Notes under the pieces: generated by a model
What the model was told of the DNA's origin: nothing
The model's database searches: none
Seen by the model: the letters and a program-made list of their open reading frames with translations, nothing else
Program-made: the position numbers and the translations under genes
Shown here: positions 1 to 13,269 of the stretch, piece after piece
How positions within the stretch are numbered: position 1 is the first letter of the stretch
How the letters are laid out: every line of letters begins with the position of its first letter
Source of the DNA: Okamejei kenojei
Lineage: Eukaryota
Reading direction: 5' to 3'
Length of the DNA stretch: 64,000 bases
Assembly (NCBI GenBank): GCA_035221665.1
Contig: CM069131.1
Span: 141,112,001-141,176,000, forward strand

Positions 1-71
1 TGGAATTACAAAAGTGGGACACCTTTATCGAAAGTGTATCCTTCTTTCATTCCAGGAGCTACAACAGAATT

Positions 72-1237
72 ATAACCATATAACCATATAACCATATAAC
101 ACTTACAGCACGGAAACAGGCCCTCTCGGCCCTTCCAGTCCATGCCGACCATTTGTTTTCCCCTAGTCCCATCTACCTGCACTCAGACCATACCCCTCCA
201 TTCCCTTCACGTCCATATACCTATCCACTTTACTTTTAAATGTTAAAATCGATCCTGCCTGCACCACTTCCACACATCAGCCACCACCCTCTGAGTAAAG
301 AGGTTCCTCCTCACATTACCCCTAAACTTCTCTGTCCCATAATTCTCATGTCATGCCATCTTGTTTGCGCGAATCTTCCCTTTACCCTCAATGGGGAAAA
401 ACGTATCCACGTCAACTCTGGTCTATGCCACTTTCATCATTTTTTAAAAAGACCTCAATCAAGTCCTCCTATTAACCTTCTGCGCTCCTCAAGAATAAAG
501 ACCTAACTTGTTCAATCTTTCTCTGTCCCCATCTATTGCGGCGGAACCCTGGCAACATTCTAGTAAATCTCCTCTGTACTCTCTCTATTTTATTGACATC
601 CTTCCTATAATTAGGCGACCAAAATTGTACACCATACTCCAGAATTGGTCTTACCAATGCCTTCCTCTTGTACAATTTTTATCATTACTTCCCTACTCCT
701 ATATTCAATGCTCTGATTTATAAAGGCCAGCACACCAAAGGTAATTCTTTACCACCTATCTACATGCGATTCCCAACAGTCAGGGAACTATGCCACATAC
801 AGTTATTCTAGATCCCTCTGTTCCACAGCATTCCTCAATTCCCTACCATTTACCATGTACGTACTATTTTGATTTGTCCTGCCAAGATTGTAGCATTTCA
901 CACGCCCGTTAACAGCGGTAAACTCCATATCTCTGCCATCTTTCAGCCACTTTTTCCAAATGCCCAAATCTCTCTGTAGACTTTGAAATTCTCTTAATTA
1001 TCCACAGCACCACCTATCTTAGTATCATCTGCATACTTACTTATCCAATTTTCCACCCCATCATCCAGATCATTGATGTACATGACAAATAACAGTGGAC
1101 CCAACACAGATCCCTGAGGCACCCCACTGGTCACCGGCTTCCAACCTGACAAACAGCCATCCACCATTACTCTCTGACATCTCCCATTCAGCCACTGTTG
1201 AATCCATCTTGCTACTCCGCCATTAACACCCAAAGAT
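72..1237 (-). mobile_element. CR1 LINE, 5'-truncated
   Basis: Minus-strand peptides [20 protein letters not shown] and LVRPILEYGVQFWSP; (AACCATAT)n tail at 72-100; same family as 46161-47347. Confidence 0.92.
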
Positions 1238-4200
1238 TATGGACTACATCAAAATATGGACTACATCAAAATATTTTTTTTAGATACTTGCAACTTAGAG
1301 ATTATATAAAATCACACACACAAGTGTACAGAACTAAGGACCCAGAAATCCTTGATGAATGTTTGATTAAACATCCTAACACAGATAAATTAATATCCTA
1401 TATTTATAATATCTTTTTGTTAGATACTAGAGGTCCTGTCGACGGGACCACACAGACAAGCAATGGAAAATTGAATTGGCTCAATACATAACGATGGATT
1501 ATGAGATGAAAGCGTTACCAACATTATATATATTTCATTCGGAAAGACACATTGATTGTGACTTCGTGGAAGACCGCCGCCAGTCCACGCATGCTGCGCC
1601 ACTATCTAGTCGCGCGCAGTTGCTTGTCGTCGGCTGTGGAGGAGGAGAAGGCACTCCACAAAGCTCTTCATTAAAGGAACGCTCAGGTTAGGGGAACGAA
1701 CCATTTGAGTGTTTGTTTCCTGTGTGAAAACCTTGTTTTACAGGAATGATGGAAGGGTAGTAGGATTTCCTTAGACTAGGACTTCCGAAAGGTGTGAGGG
1801 GTCAGCCCGGGGCTGCTGCAACCCCAGAGATGCCCGCACCTACTATCGTCGCACACGCTAGTCGTGGCCAGGAAAAATAGAGCGCCGGAAGACGGGGAGT
1901 CCTCAACAATGGGACCCGATGCTTCTCCACCACAGCTGTCTACTGAGCAGTAGTATGATTGGATAGGTAGCCACTCGCGCTAGGAGCAGCGTAAGCAAGA
2001 CCTCTGACTCCTTTACCACTATCCCTACACAATAGGGGGAAGTGTGTTCCAAAGGGTTTGCATACGCGTTTTACCCCGTTCGGAGGGCCACGTTCTCTCT
2101 CGCCCCTCCCAGCCACACAGGTTCACCAGAGGGCGACCAGGGATAGAGCCGCATGGCTCAATTGGTGATGCCAGCTGTAGGAGCCAGGGGTGTCTGATGT
2201 TCCTCGAAGGCAGACCACCCGAGCAGGACGGGGACATGGGATCGATGACCAGAGTCCTTGCTAGTCTTCCGCAAGTGGTGGGGCCGGCATTAGATCTCCC
2301 ACTGGGGTGGTAGCCCACTTTGATCATTGGGCTATCCATCAGTGCAGTCTTTCATCTCGGTCTAACGGCACCGCCCCGCTTTAGCAGGCCCAGACGTGAC
2401 CGAGCGTCGCTTTTATCCCCAGGGAAGAACATGGGGCAAGCCCGCTAGGACGTCGGCGGCACACGCTTTGGCGGGTAATAATCCGAGTTCCGACTCGTCT
2501 TACCGCTTATGTCTTATCAGGCATAAGCGGGCGCCTCCTGCGTCCCGGAAAGGACAGTGGACCAGCGGCAGGTCTGCGCGGGAGTCGTGGAGCACCGCAG
2601 GCTGGAGCGACATCCTGTCACAAACTCACCCCGTGTTATCACCTCGACGAGGTGTGTGGCTGATGACAGATGTAACGCTCAGGAATTCCCCTAGTTCACC
2701 TGATTGGGAAGTTCGACTTGTTTCGTCAGCAGATTAGGTGGTAGCATGCCGGTCGCATGGAACGCAATGGATGCGCATGATGATGGAATGCGTCTCCTGG
2801 AACACAATCTCCAGCAGCAGTACCGTGTGGCTGGGGTTACGGGCCCCTAGCATATCCCCTATCATTGAGTGGTGGGGGTTAGTGCCAGGGGTCAGCAGCT
2901 GGGTGAAGGAAGAAGAAGGCTTTACAGCAGGAACCTGAGGTGCCTGAACAGGCCCAAGGAAGGAAACTTCTGGGAGTTGTCTCGCAAGTTTTCGCCCAGC
3001 CTTAAGCACCATCGGGTGTTCAACCTCTTCAAAACCAAATTGTGGGGTAGGAGTATTGACATTCCTCACGCACCCACTCAGCTGCTAAGAACAGGTCCGC
3101 TTAATGAAGCAAGGTGAAATTGTGGGGGGAAAACAAGGGGGCTACAAAGCACCAAACAACTGCAATTCATTGAATGTGCCCACAGTTGAAACACTCCCAT
3201 TTGGGGCAACATCAGCTCGGGGATTAGAGCGCAGGAGCTTAAATTGCAAAAAAAATCCTGAAGCTGCTTACGTCGGGGATCACCGCTTTTGCAGGTCGAT
3301 AGATGGGACGGAATAGTCTCTAAAAGCAAGAAGATGCTCTTGCTCTTGCTCTATTATGCAAACACTCAATTCGAGTGCAAATTCATTCGGAAGATCACCA
3401 TAAAGCAACCCTCAACTCGATGTTTGCAGGGTTATGCAAAGCATCACCGACGCCACCGCCGAGGACAGTGTTTGGGGCGGAAGACTGCCCCCCAAACAGG
3501 TCAAGGACCTGACTATGACCAAAGCATACGGAGACAGTTGGGTTGATGAGACCGCCTCCTTCCAGCAGGCAGGACATTTCGGAGGATGCCATATTCAGAT
3601 CTCGGGGGCCGCTTTACAGGCTAGGGAAGGACCTACACGCCGGCAGCACCACATCAAACTCAACAACAACAACAAACAGAAGCCTTTTTTAGGACTAGGC
3701 CCTCAGCGGCCGGCGTCGGAAGATGCGGGCAAACCCAAAAATCCAGCACCTCAACGGGACACCAAAATTGTAAAGGCCTGCCAGTAACCATGGAGGTAAA
3801 GCGGTCTGGTTTATCTATGCACGGTTTGCATGTGAATCCTCACAAATTGGTGGGAGATTGCGTGTTTTTTGGGATGCCTGGAGTTCTATCACCTCAGACT
3901 CCTGTTTATTTTTACATAAGTATTCAAGGGTACGAAATTGAGTTCATGAAATGAAACGACAACTGTTACCCCGCCTCACTCAACATGTACCAGACCAGTA
4001 ATTTGCACTTTCTCATAAGGATAATAGCGGAAAAAAGGGCATGTTGAAATCCTTTGAGGGGCTACAACAAAAAGGGTGTGATAGAAAAAATAAAACGATT
4101 CCTACGAACATATTGAGTTCGTATCCAACATCTTCACCAAAACCAAGAAAGTATGGTGGATTGTCGCATCATTATTGATTCTTAACCCATCTGAATACCT

Positions 4201-4706
4201 TGGTACATATACCCATTTTAAAATAGGACACGTTTGAAACAGCCAAATTACTGTTTTCCAGAGGTTGCGTTCATGGCATGCATCAATTTAAAAGTATGAA
4301 TAACTATTCAGTATCCATATGGGAACATCACCGGAAAGTTCTTGAAGTTTGTTTGGATAATGGATCAGCTGTGGCAATATAAAGCCTCGCACCTAATGGG
4401 TTTACTACAGCCCCTAGATTATTTACCAAATTATTTGAAACCAGTGTTGGCAAAGACGACTGAGGAGACAAAAACCATATTGTCATGGCCTATTTGGATG
4501 ACATCCTAATAGTAGGAGATACCATGGAATCAATTAATTTAGCAGTAACAGCTACTATATCAGTGTTTAAAAAAATGGGGTTTATAATCCATCCAGACAA
4601 ATCTCAGTTTCTACCCATCACAGGTTATGGACTATCTGGGATTCACGATTGACACCAATCAAATGATTGTTACCATCCCAGCTAACAAAGCTAAGGATAT
4701 AATTGG

Positions 4707-4848
4707 TGTTAAAGAAGGAACTGCAGATGCCGGAGAATCGAGGGTACACAAAAGGCTGGGGGAGAAAAACTCTCAGCGGGTGATGCAGCAGGCATCTAAG
4801 GAGCGAAGGAGATAGGCGACGTTTCGGGTCGAGACCCTTCTTCAGACT
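4707..4848 (-). mobile_element. Short Penelope-like element terminal unit inserted in the DIRS RT/RNase H region
   Basis: Interrupts DIRS reading AKDIIG/ACNELV; matches the dispersed CTGAAGAAGGGTCTCGACCCGAAACGTC...CAGCATCTGCAGTTCCTT repeat. Confidence 0.8.
4812..4848 (-). ncRNA. Minimal hammerhead ribozyme motif (PLE-associated)
   Basis: Reverse complement CAGU CUGAAGA A GGGU-CUCG-ACCC GAAA CGUC GCC: complete core boxes, a 4-5 bp stem II, palindromic ACGU stem III and a GUC cleavage triplet. Confidence 0.7.
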
Positions 4849-7800
4849 GGAGCATGTAATGAACTTGTTTGCGCCAGGGCACCGACAATCAGACATGCTG
4901 CTCAGGCAATTGGGAAAATTGGTAGTAGCTACATTTCCAGTGCTCAGTTTGGACCAGTTACATTATCAAAAATTTATAGCAAGAACAAGAGATTTCAGCA
5001 TTAAAAATGAATGCTGGACATTTTGAAAGACCTATGCAGCTGCCAATCAAGGCAAAATTTGAGTTACAATGGTGGATGATAAACATTCGTACTTCATTCA
5101 AGTCCATCATTGTGCATAATATCCGTCTTTAGTGGTTTTACAAACTGTCAGAATAAATGCGCCTCAGGGTTGGGCGAGCTACCGACACCAGATCCAGTTG
5201 TGGGCACGGCAGATGGGATTCACATGGATCTACCCTTCTGTTATGAAACGCAAGTGGATATAATTATTTGGAGAGATGCTGGGGGCATTTTACATGGACT
5301 CCGACTTATTGTACTCAAGCCTCTGTGATATGCATGTCTGTCTCCAAATAGACAATACCACTGTGGTGGCATATTTAAATCATAGATGGGGTGGTATCAA
5401 GTCAATATCTTGTGATGAATTGGCTAATTCAATTTGGCTCTGGTGCGTTAGAACCAGGATTTATCAGCTTCTATCTTCCAGGTTAAGCTCAATACAGTGG
5501 TGGTACACCAGGTCACAGAATATTCAATGATAATATTGAATGGATGTTGAATCCCCAAAAGTATTTGCAAAAATCACAGCCAAATTTGGTTACACCAGAT
5601 ATCGACCTTTTTGCGTCCAGGTTGAACCATCAGATTACCAACATATGTTTCTTGGGAAATCCAGATCCTGGGGCTGAATAGCGATGGACGCTTTACTCGC
5701 TGCACTGGGGAAATGGTTTTTTTCTATTCATTCCTCCATTTTGCCTCATCAGTCGGGTATTGCGGAATAATAAAATCAGATTCTACGACACGTATTGTTA
5801 AAAAATACCCGACTCGGCCTACACAACACATGTGTATCCGTGGTACTTGGGATGATTATCGACACCTTGGGTACTTCACTCAAACAAACGAAGCCTCCAG
5901 ATTTGGTGTCTACCCGACTTCAGGGGACTACCTCAGGAATCTCATTCCTACGGTGCCCACTGTCATTTGAACTCTGTTGCTCATGCCTGGTGTTGAAGAG
6001 ACTCTAGCATACAAATACGGACTGAGACACCAAGGACAATGGACACCATCGGGCATTCGTTGCTAGAGATGTCCACCAGAGCTGGAAGTACCATGACTAC
6101 CAAATCAGAAAATGGTGAGGACCTACTGCACAAGGAATCAACATCACATATGACTCTGCCACGTTACACATGTGATGGAATTCTCGCGGGACTTGCACAT
6201 GACGGTCGTCTCAGCTACCAAGGCTCTCGCCATCAACAGTGCGTAGGAGCGCACTGTACCTCCTACCTCTGCATAGGGGTAGGATAACACTCAAGTTGAG
6301 GTGGTAATTGTCTCTAAATAATGAGGAGCGTTTCTTCAATTCGCAAACCGCTTTCCCCTCGAACAACGTGTCTTACCGTTCCTGGCGACCATTGGAGTAG
6401 GTGCTGACCCTCTCTCGCAGATTGGGTCGACGGATTAATTGGACTACTCACTGGACAAACTCTAACCTGAATAGTGGTGATGTTGATAGCTCGTAAAACA
6501 TCAATGCTCAGCAGGTTCATGACGATTTACTATAGTGATCGAGAATTATGGATAATATGGTCTCTACCATTGATAGAAATAATCGCTTCTATAGTGGATG
6601 GAATTACTCAAGCAACATAGAACTGGTTTCACCAGGGCATGCAACGCTTGGATATTTCATCGGGCTTTACAACTGCTCTTGGAGAGGCTTCTCTGCATAG
6701 CACGGTATACTCAGTGCACTAAATGTGCAAACACTGTCGCATCTCCCTCAGGAGGACATGGAACATTATTGCGTACCATGTGGATTAGCCTTACAGAAGG
6801 CCCATCTCAGGTTAGGTGACAGGTTGCAGTGACGTCTCAGGTGGCTGCAGAGTGAACTGAATGCAGCAGCTATTGTTATTAATATCTGTTTAAAATCCCA
6901 TTCTACCAGGGGGGGGATGCATCCACATCAGCGGCGAGGACCCCATGGAGGTGCCCATGGCCATTTCATACGCCAACAAGTGGGATAGTGTGGCTAGTCG
7001 ATAGCTACATTCCAGGAGGGTTTTCACATCAAAAAACCTGTGACCTGCTTTTTTGGGAAGCCCGTGCTGAGTGCTGGTCTTAGCAACATACGTCCCATCC
7101 GTGCCATGAGGGGTTTTTTTGTTTTTCGTTTAATAAACATTATTATTTTTCAGCTCGACCTAAGTACTGAAAATACTGTTAAGATATATAACTCCTGTCC
7201 TTCTAATATTGTGGTCACGTTGTGAGCATGGACGTGACTCCAGGCATGTTAATCGCACAGAGCTCTTTGAAGATCTTCCGAAGGTCACTCACGTGAATCC
7301 GAAAATGAAATAGTAAGTTTTAAATGATGGAAACTTACCAGTTGAAGTTTGTTCTTCATTAATTCTATGGCCGCACTTTGCTCCTTCTTGGCGTGTTACC
7401 ATGAGGATTTGTGCCCTCTCGGCTCCCTAAAGAACCTAATACTATAGGTCAACTGGTATATAGAAGTCCATTCAATCTTACTTATGCTGTCATTTCTGAG
7501 AATACTTCTGTGTATTCCACACCGCTGCACTTTGAAAGATTTGTCGCGCAGGCGCTGCTCCTGGTCGGGGTCTTCATCTGAAATCCCTCATGCGCAACTC
7601 CTCATGTAATGATATTAAAGATCATATTTCAAACTGTAAGTTCTCGTTTAATCTTATATTATGTTCGCTTGAACGCCAGACACTCTTTTATACAATTTAA
7701 TGTTATTACATAGGTGTATTTTTAACTTCCAAAACGAAATTTAAACATTAATTTTTCACAAATATCTCTTTCCTATCTGTGATAAATGTCAATACCCACT

Positions 7801-8699
7801 TAACTTCATCATAACTTGGTTAAATAGCGCTGCATAAAAAATTAAAAAAACATTTTGGAAATGGATATTTTTAAAATTATTTCTGAATGTTGTTAATTAT
7901 TCTACTGTAGATCCCAATCCGCAAAATTAATAATATTGAGAATAGATTTCTGAACAAAGTATAAAACTTACAAACAAATCAAATAATATGTTCTTGCAGT
8001 TCTTTACTTTACTTGGGACAAAATTTAATCCTGTAAGATTTTGGAATAAATTCAACAACCCCAACATATTAAAATGAAGAGATGACAGAAATGTTTCTGA
8101 GAACCTAACACTGGAGAAAAATAATGATTTGTCTTGATTGATAAAAACTAGAATAATTTGTTATAGTGAGAATATGGTCTCCCATTTATTGGAGATTTTT
8201 TAAAAGGTAAATAGGGTCAACACAAAACTGGGTCTTCTGAAACCCGAGCTCAGATTGGATGAATATCTACGCCTTATAATCTACGGACCTATCTCCAAAA
8301 CTGTTATTGGTCATTTTCTTTGTTTGTTTTTTCCGTTTTTTCTCTCTCTCTCCTTTTTTTTCTTCTTTTTTTCTCTTTATCCCTTCCTTTCTATTAGTTT
8401 ATAGATCTTTCTCTTTTTTTCAGTTCTATCATTTAAAAAATTCTATAAAAAGAACAGAAGCTTTGTGATGAATGGAATTGGGATAAAAAAAACCGTGTTA
8501 CGCTATAATGTGTTTACGCTTCTAATAAAATATATATTTAAAAAAAGACGTTGCTGGAAGACGCTTTGATGGAAGATACGCATGTGAAGAGACAAAAGAG
8601 GAGCTTGCCAGCTGCATGACAGAGATGTATGGTGCGTCCGTCACCATGCCCGTACAGGGAAAACCACACAATCTGCGTCGCTAATGTTTTCAACGATTT

Positions 8700-8748
8700 A
8701 ATAATAATTTAAATATATAATAATAATAATAAGTAATAATAATAATAA
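8700..8748. repeat. (TAA)n microsatellite, imperfect
   Basis: Visible TAATAA repeats. Confidence 0.85.
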
Positions 8749-9239
8749 GCAGTTCCTAACCTACATACGACTATGGATGGCTTAAATGGATAATGGGAAG
8801 GTTACTAGTGGAGTGACAGTGGTGTGTCACAAGCATGCCTACAGTTATTCTCCAAAACAATAGCAGGTATTTGCTGCGTTCATCATTTGCCAATTCCCCT
8901 GGTGGCACCTTCTCAATCCTGGACAACTAATTGAGCATCAGTAATCTGGATGGATGGTGTACTGTGTAAATCCCTATGCAAATGACATGACTGTAGAATG
9001 GTTAAACTTTGCACAGCAGCACACATAGGGTTCATAATAAAACAGCAACACTGCAATATTTAGGCATCACAGTCATTTCCCCAGACAGCTGTACAGAAAC
9101 ATCACAAATACTGAACAATCGTTTTGCTTCACTGAGAGTAATGAAGATACGGATCACAGGGGATTTTACGCTCATTGAATTTGAATAATTTGATATTTTT
9201 CCTCTCTATACAATAAATGGAGCTGCAATATATTTTTTT

Positions 9240-10410
9240 AAAGACACGGAGTGAGAGTATCTAAATGGGTCATGGAGCATTTCTAGAGGACACGAAGAGA
9301 CAACAACTAGGATTGGGATCCTTCAGACTGGTGATTGTGTGTGAGGGGGGGGGGGGGGGGGCGAGGATAATGGAGGAGAAAGTTGGGCTAGAAGTAAAAA
9401 GTCAGGTGCAGTGATAGTGTGATACAAGGGAGGGAGTTTAATTGACAAAGGCCGGAGATGAAAAGACAAGAGGCTGTGAGATAAGGAAAGAAGAGGCATG
9501 AAATACAAAGGCAAGGCAAGGCAAGGCACATTTATTTATATAGCACCATTCGTACAAGCAGCAATTCATAGTTGCTTTCCAAAAGAAACAAAAAGAATAA
9601 CATAGTAAAAAGACAGCAGAACAACCATACAACACAGGACAACAACATAGCCAATAATCAAAAATTACAAAACAAGCATTAAGAACAAATGCCATGAATG
9701 TAAAAACAAAGTCACTAAAACAATAAAACGATTTTAAAAGCCCATAAAAGGGATAAAGATTAGGTTAAAATTACCTGCATGTTGGGTTATGGAAAAGCTA
9801 CAGTAAAACAGAGTTATTTAGGCTGATTTAAATGAGCTTACAGTCTGTACACACCTTCAGGGTTCAGGGAGCTTGTTCCACAGGTGTGGATCATAAAACT
9901 GAACGCTGCTTCTGCCTTTTTTAGTTCTGACCCTGGTATCACAGAGTAAACTTGTCCCCTGAAGACCTGAGGGGTGTCTAGGGATGCCTCATATACAACA
10001 AGAAGGTCAGAGATGTATTTTGGACCCAGACCATTCAGTGCCGTGTAGGCCAGAGGGAAGGGCGATTGGGAGGGGGGAGTGGGGGGGGGGGGGGGTTGGG
10101 GGGTAGGGGGGAGGGGAGGGGGGAAAGGAGAACAAGGGGCTGGATTGTGGGAGAAATGGATGCTCGACCAGATGGGACACAGGGAAGAGGGCGGAGGTGT
10201 GGGTTCAGGGCATTTTTGGTTAGTTACCTAAAATTGGATAATTCATTGTTCATACTGTTGGGTCATAAGCCGACCAGTTTGTATGTGGCTTCACTCTGGC
10301 AATGGAGGAGTCCCTGGACAGAAAGATCAATCTGGAAATGGGAAGAGGGGTTAAAATGTTTAGAAACTGGGAGATCCAGTAGGCCCTCTGCCCCAGATGA
10401 TTACGCACCC
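9240..10410 (-). mobile_element. Non-autonomous Penelope-like element, interrupted by L2
   Basis: Degenerate terminal unit at 9240-9330, G-rich spacer, and the reverse complement of the GIY-YIG C-terminal coding remnant at ~10220-10410. Confidence 0.65.
9507..10052 (-). mobile_element. L2-type LINE 3' fragment
   Basis: (AAGGC)n tail followed by TTTATTTATATAGCAC; minus-strand remnant resembling LGPKYISDLL..RSSG..AFSFYDPHLWNKLP. Confidence 0.7.
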
Positions 10411-10424
10411 ATTTCTCCCACAAT

Positions 10425-10895
10425 CCAGTAACCCCCATCCCCCCCCCCCCCCAACCATTTCCTTTTCCTCCTAAATCCCTTCCTCTGGTTTTACATTTCT
10501 CTCCTTGTCTCACAGCTTTTTCTCTTTGCATCTCAGCCTTTGTCCAACCACATGCCAATCAACACCCTCCTCACCTGTATATACCTAGTTTACCTCTCCC
10601 CTGACTTTCAGTCTGAAGAAGGGTCTTGGCCCGAAATGTCACCTATTCCTTTTCTCCGGCGATGCTGCCTGACCCGATGAGTTGCTCCAGCATATCGTCT
10701 TTCGTTGATGTAAACCAGTGTCTGCAGGTTCTTCCACCACCTATCACTCACCAAGGTTTGGCCTGCCTCACCTCTCTTCCAGCGTTCTGTTCCTGTCTCT
10801 TCCCCCCCTCCCCCATCACAACTGAAATGTCACCTATTTATGTTCTCGAGAGATGTTGCCTGGCCCTTTGAGTTATTCGAGCACTTTGTGTCTCT
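10425..10895 (+). mobile_element. Non-autonomous Penelope-like element with a partial tandem terminal repeat
   Basis: Pyrimidine-rich body, hammerhead-like CTGAAGAAGGGTCTTGGCCCGAAATGTC at 10613-10640, second partial unit at ~10740-10895. Confidence 0.7.
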
Positions 10896-11494
10896 TCCCT
10901 TCTCTGTTTGATTTAATGTGCTGAGGTTAACATCACAACAGCAGGCTTGCTCCTTGTACTGGAAAGGCTATTTCATTGTAATATTTCGTTCATAGTAACC
11001 TAACAGAGAATGTCAGCCAAGGGTTGCATTGCTCTGAACCAGCAACAATCTAACAAACAGAAATTAAAGTGGTAGAAAAGATCAGATTTTGATTTTTTGC
11101 TATTTTCAATGTGCTTTATTGTATAATTCTGCAACATTACTTCAGATGTTAACTTATTCAGGATTGCATTCTGATCTTCATCGGTGCAGAAGGAATCATG
11201 TAATGCGGAATAGTTGGAGAATAACAATTATTCACAAATCATAAATGAAAAATGTAAATTTCCCCTTTCATCATAAATATAATTTATGTGCTTATTTACT
11301 TATGTGAGCAGAATTGCAGCATTGGTTATGGTATAACTTCTATGCCTAGATTTCTTCATATACAGAATTCCAAATTTTCTGGAGAATTCGGGCAATAATT
11401 GGAAATATTGGAAATGGCATATAAAAAAATCATTGAACATTGGAGAACTATAGTCTGTTACTACCAGCTGTGTGATGTGCATGATTTGTAAACT

Positions 11495-12150
11495 TAAAGT
11501 TCGTAGTTTCAGAAGGCATAGGAGCAGAATTAGGCCATTTGGCCCATCAAGTCTACTCTGCCATTCAATCATGGCTGATCTATCTTTCCCTCTCAACCCC
11601 ATTCTCCTGCCTTCTCCCTATAATCTTTGACACCTGTACTAATCAAGAATCTGTCAATCTCCGCTTTAAAAATACCCAAGACTTGGTCTCAACAGCCATC
11701 TGTGCCAAAGAATTCCACAGATTCACTACCCACTCACTAAAGAAATTCCTCCTCATCTCCTTTCTAATGGTACGTCCCTTTATTCTGAGGCTGTGCCATC
11801 TGGTCCTAGACTCTCCCACTCGTGGAAACATCCTCTCCACATCCACTCTATCCAGGCCTTTCACTATTCGGTAAGTTTCAATTAGGTTCCTTCATCCTTC
11901 TAAACACCCAGTTGAGGCCCAGTGCCATCAAAAGCTCATCATACATTAACCCAAGCATTCCTAGGATCATTCTTGTAAACCTCCTCTGGACTCTCTCCAA
12001 TGCCAGTACATCCTTCCTTAGATCTGGGGCCCAAAACTCCTCACAATATTCCAAATGCTGCCTTATAAAGCCTCAGCATTGTATCCTTGTTTTTATATTC
12101 TAGTCCTCTCTAAATAAATGCTTACATTGCATTTGCCATCCTTACTGTCG
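11495..12150 (-). mobile_element. CR1 LINE 3' fragment
   Basis: ORF 11643-11864 KGLDRVD..FFSEWVVNLWNSL; CR1 3' UTR. Confidence 0.88.
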
Positions 12151-12192
12151 ATTTATAAAGTAATCTGGACATACTTGTGAATGGTGTGATTA

Positions 12193-13118
12193 TAGACAAT
12201 AGACAATAGGTGCAGGAGTAGGCCATTTGGCCCTTCGAGCCGGCACCGCCATTCAATGTGATCATGACTGATCATCCCCAATCAGTACCCTGTTCCTGAC
12301 TTCTCCCCATATCCACTGACTTCACTATCTTTAAGAGCCCTATCTAGCTCTCTCTTGAAGGTATCCAGAGAACCAGCCTCTGAGGCAGAGAATTCCACAG
12401 ACACACAACTCTCTGTGAGAAAAAGTGTTTCCTCGTCTCCGTTCTAAATGGCTTACCCCTTATTCTGAAAGTGTGGCCCTTGGTACTGGTCTCCCCCAAC
12501 ATCGGGAACATGTTTCCTGCTTCTAGCATGTCCAAACCCTTAATAATCTTATATGTTTCAATAAGATCCCCTCTCATCCTTCTAAACTCCAGAGTATACA
12601 AGCCCAGCAGCTCCATTCTCTCAGCATATGACAGTCCCGCCATCCCGGGAATCAACATTGTAAACCTACGCTGCACTCCCTCAATAGCAAGAATGTCCTT
12701 CCTCAAATTAGGGGGACCTCTTTGCACACAATACTCCAGGTGTGGTATCACTAGGGCCCTGTACAACTGCAGAAGGACCTCTTTGTTCCTATACTCAACT
12801 CCTCTTGTTATGAAGGCCAACATGCCATTCGCTTTCTTCACTGCCTGCTGTACCTGCATGCTTACTTTCATAGACTGATGAACAAGGACCCCAGATCCTG
12901 TTGTACTTTCCCTTTTCCCAATGTGACACCATTTAGATAATAATCTGCCTTCCTGTTTTTGCTACCAAACAGATAACCTCACATTTATCCACATTAAACT
13001 GCATCTGCCATGCATCTGCCCACTCACCTTACCTGTCCAAGTCACCCTGCATTCTCATAGCATCCTCCTCACAGTTCACACTGCCACCCAGCTTTGTGTC
13101 ACCTGCAAATTTGCTATG
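12193..13118 (-). mobile_element. CR1 LINE 3' fragment
   Basis: ORF 12344-12871 (LYRALVIPHLEYCVQ..RRMRGDLIETYK); (ATAGACA)n tail. Confidence 0.92.
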
Positions 13119-13269
13119 TTCATGTGCGCTATGATTTATCTTGTTTGCATGCAAAACAAATCTCATTGTGTCTCGGTACACCTGACAATATAAAAACAAT
13201 GCCAATGCCAACCCTGGCCTCACGCACATAACCACTTTTAATTGCTTCATCTTGATGTACATAGTTTAG

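Larger units (their letters stand above)
1533..7660 (+). mobile_element. DIRS1-type tyrosine-recombinase retrotransposon, full length, frameshifted
   Basis: gag-like YKAPNNCNSLNVPTV (~3140), RT YLDD at 4491-4502, RNase H QIDNTTVVAYLNH, MT-like DLFASRLN, YR KSHSTR (~6895). Noisy copies of the left end (1533-1595), ICR (~7270-7420) and right end (~7570-7660) match the element at 35505-40386. Confidence 0.88.
1..8547 (+). mobile_element. L1 (LINE-1) 3' portion, split into 1-71, 1238-1532 and 7661-8547 by a CR1 and a DIRS insertion
   Basis: Pieces join into an L1 ORF2 C-terminus (GITKVGHLY..SFQELQQNY / GLHQNIFFRYLQLRDYIK), followed by a pyrimidine-rich 3' UTR, AATAAA at ~8524 and an A-tail to 8547. 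Confidence 0.7.

Noticed and set aside
2650-2735. CTGATGA / CTGACGA boxes as another hammerhead
   Set aside because: No stem II followed by GAAA at suitable spacing; lies in the noisy DIRS gag region.
10068-10125. Poly-G tract as a functional G-quadruplex
   Set aside because: Low-complexity part of the PLE body, also seen at 9344 and 34716; homopolymer lengths are unreliable.
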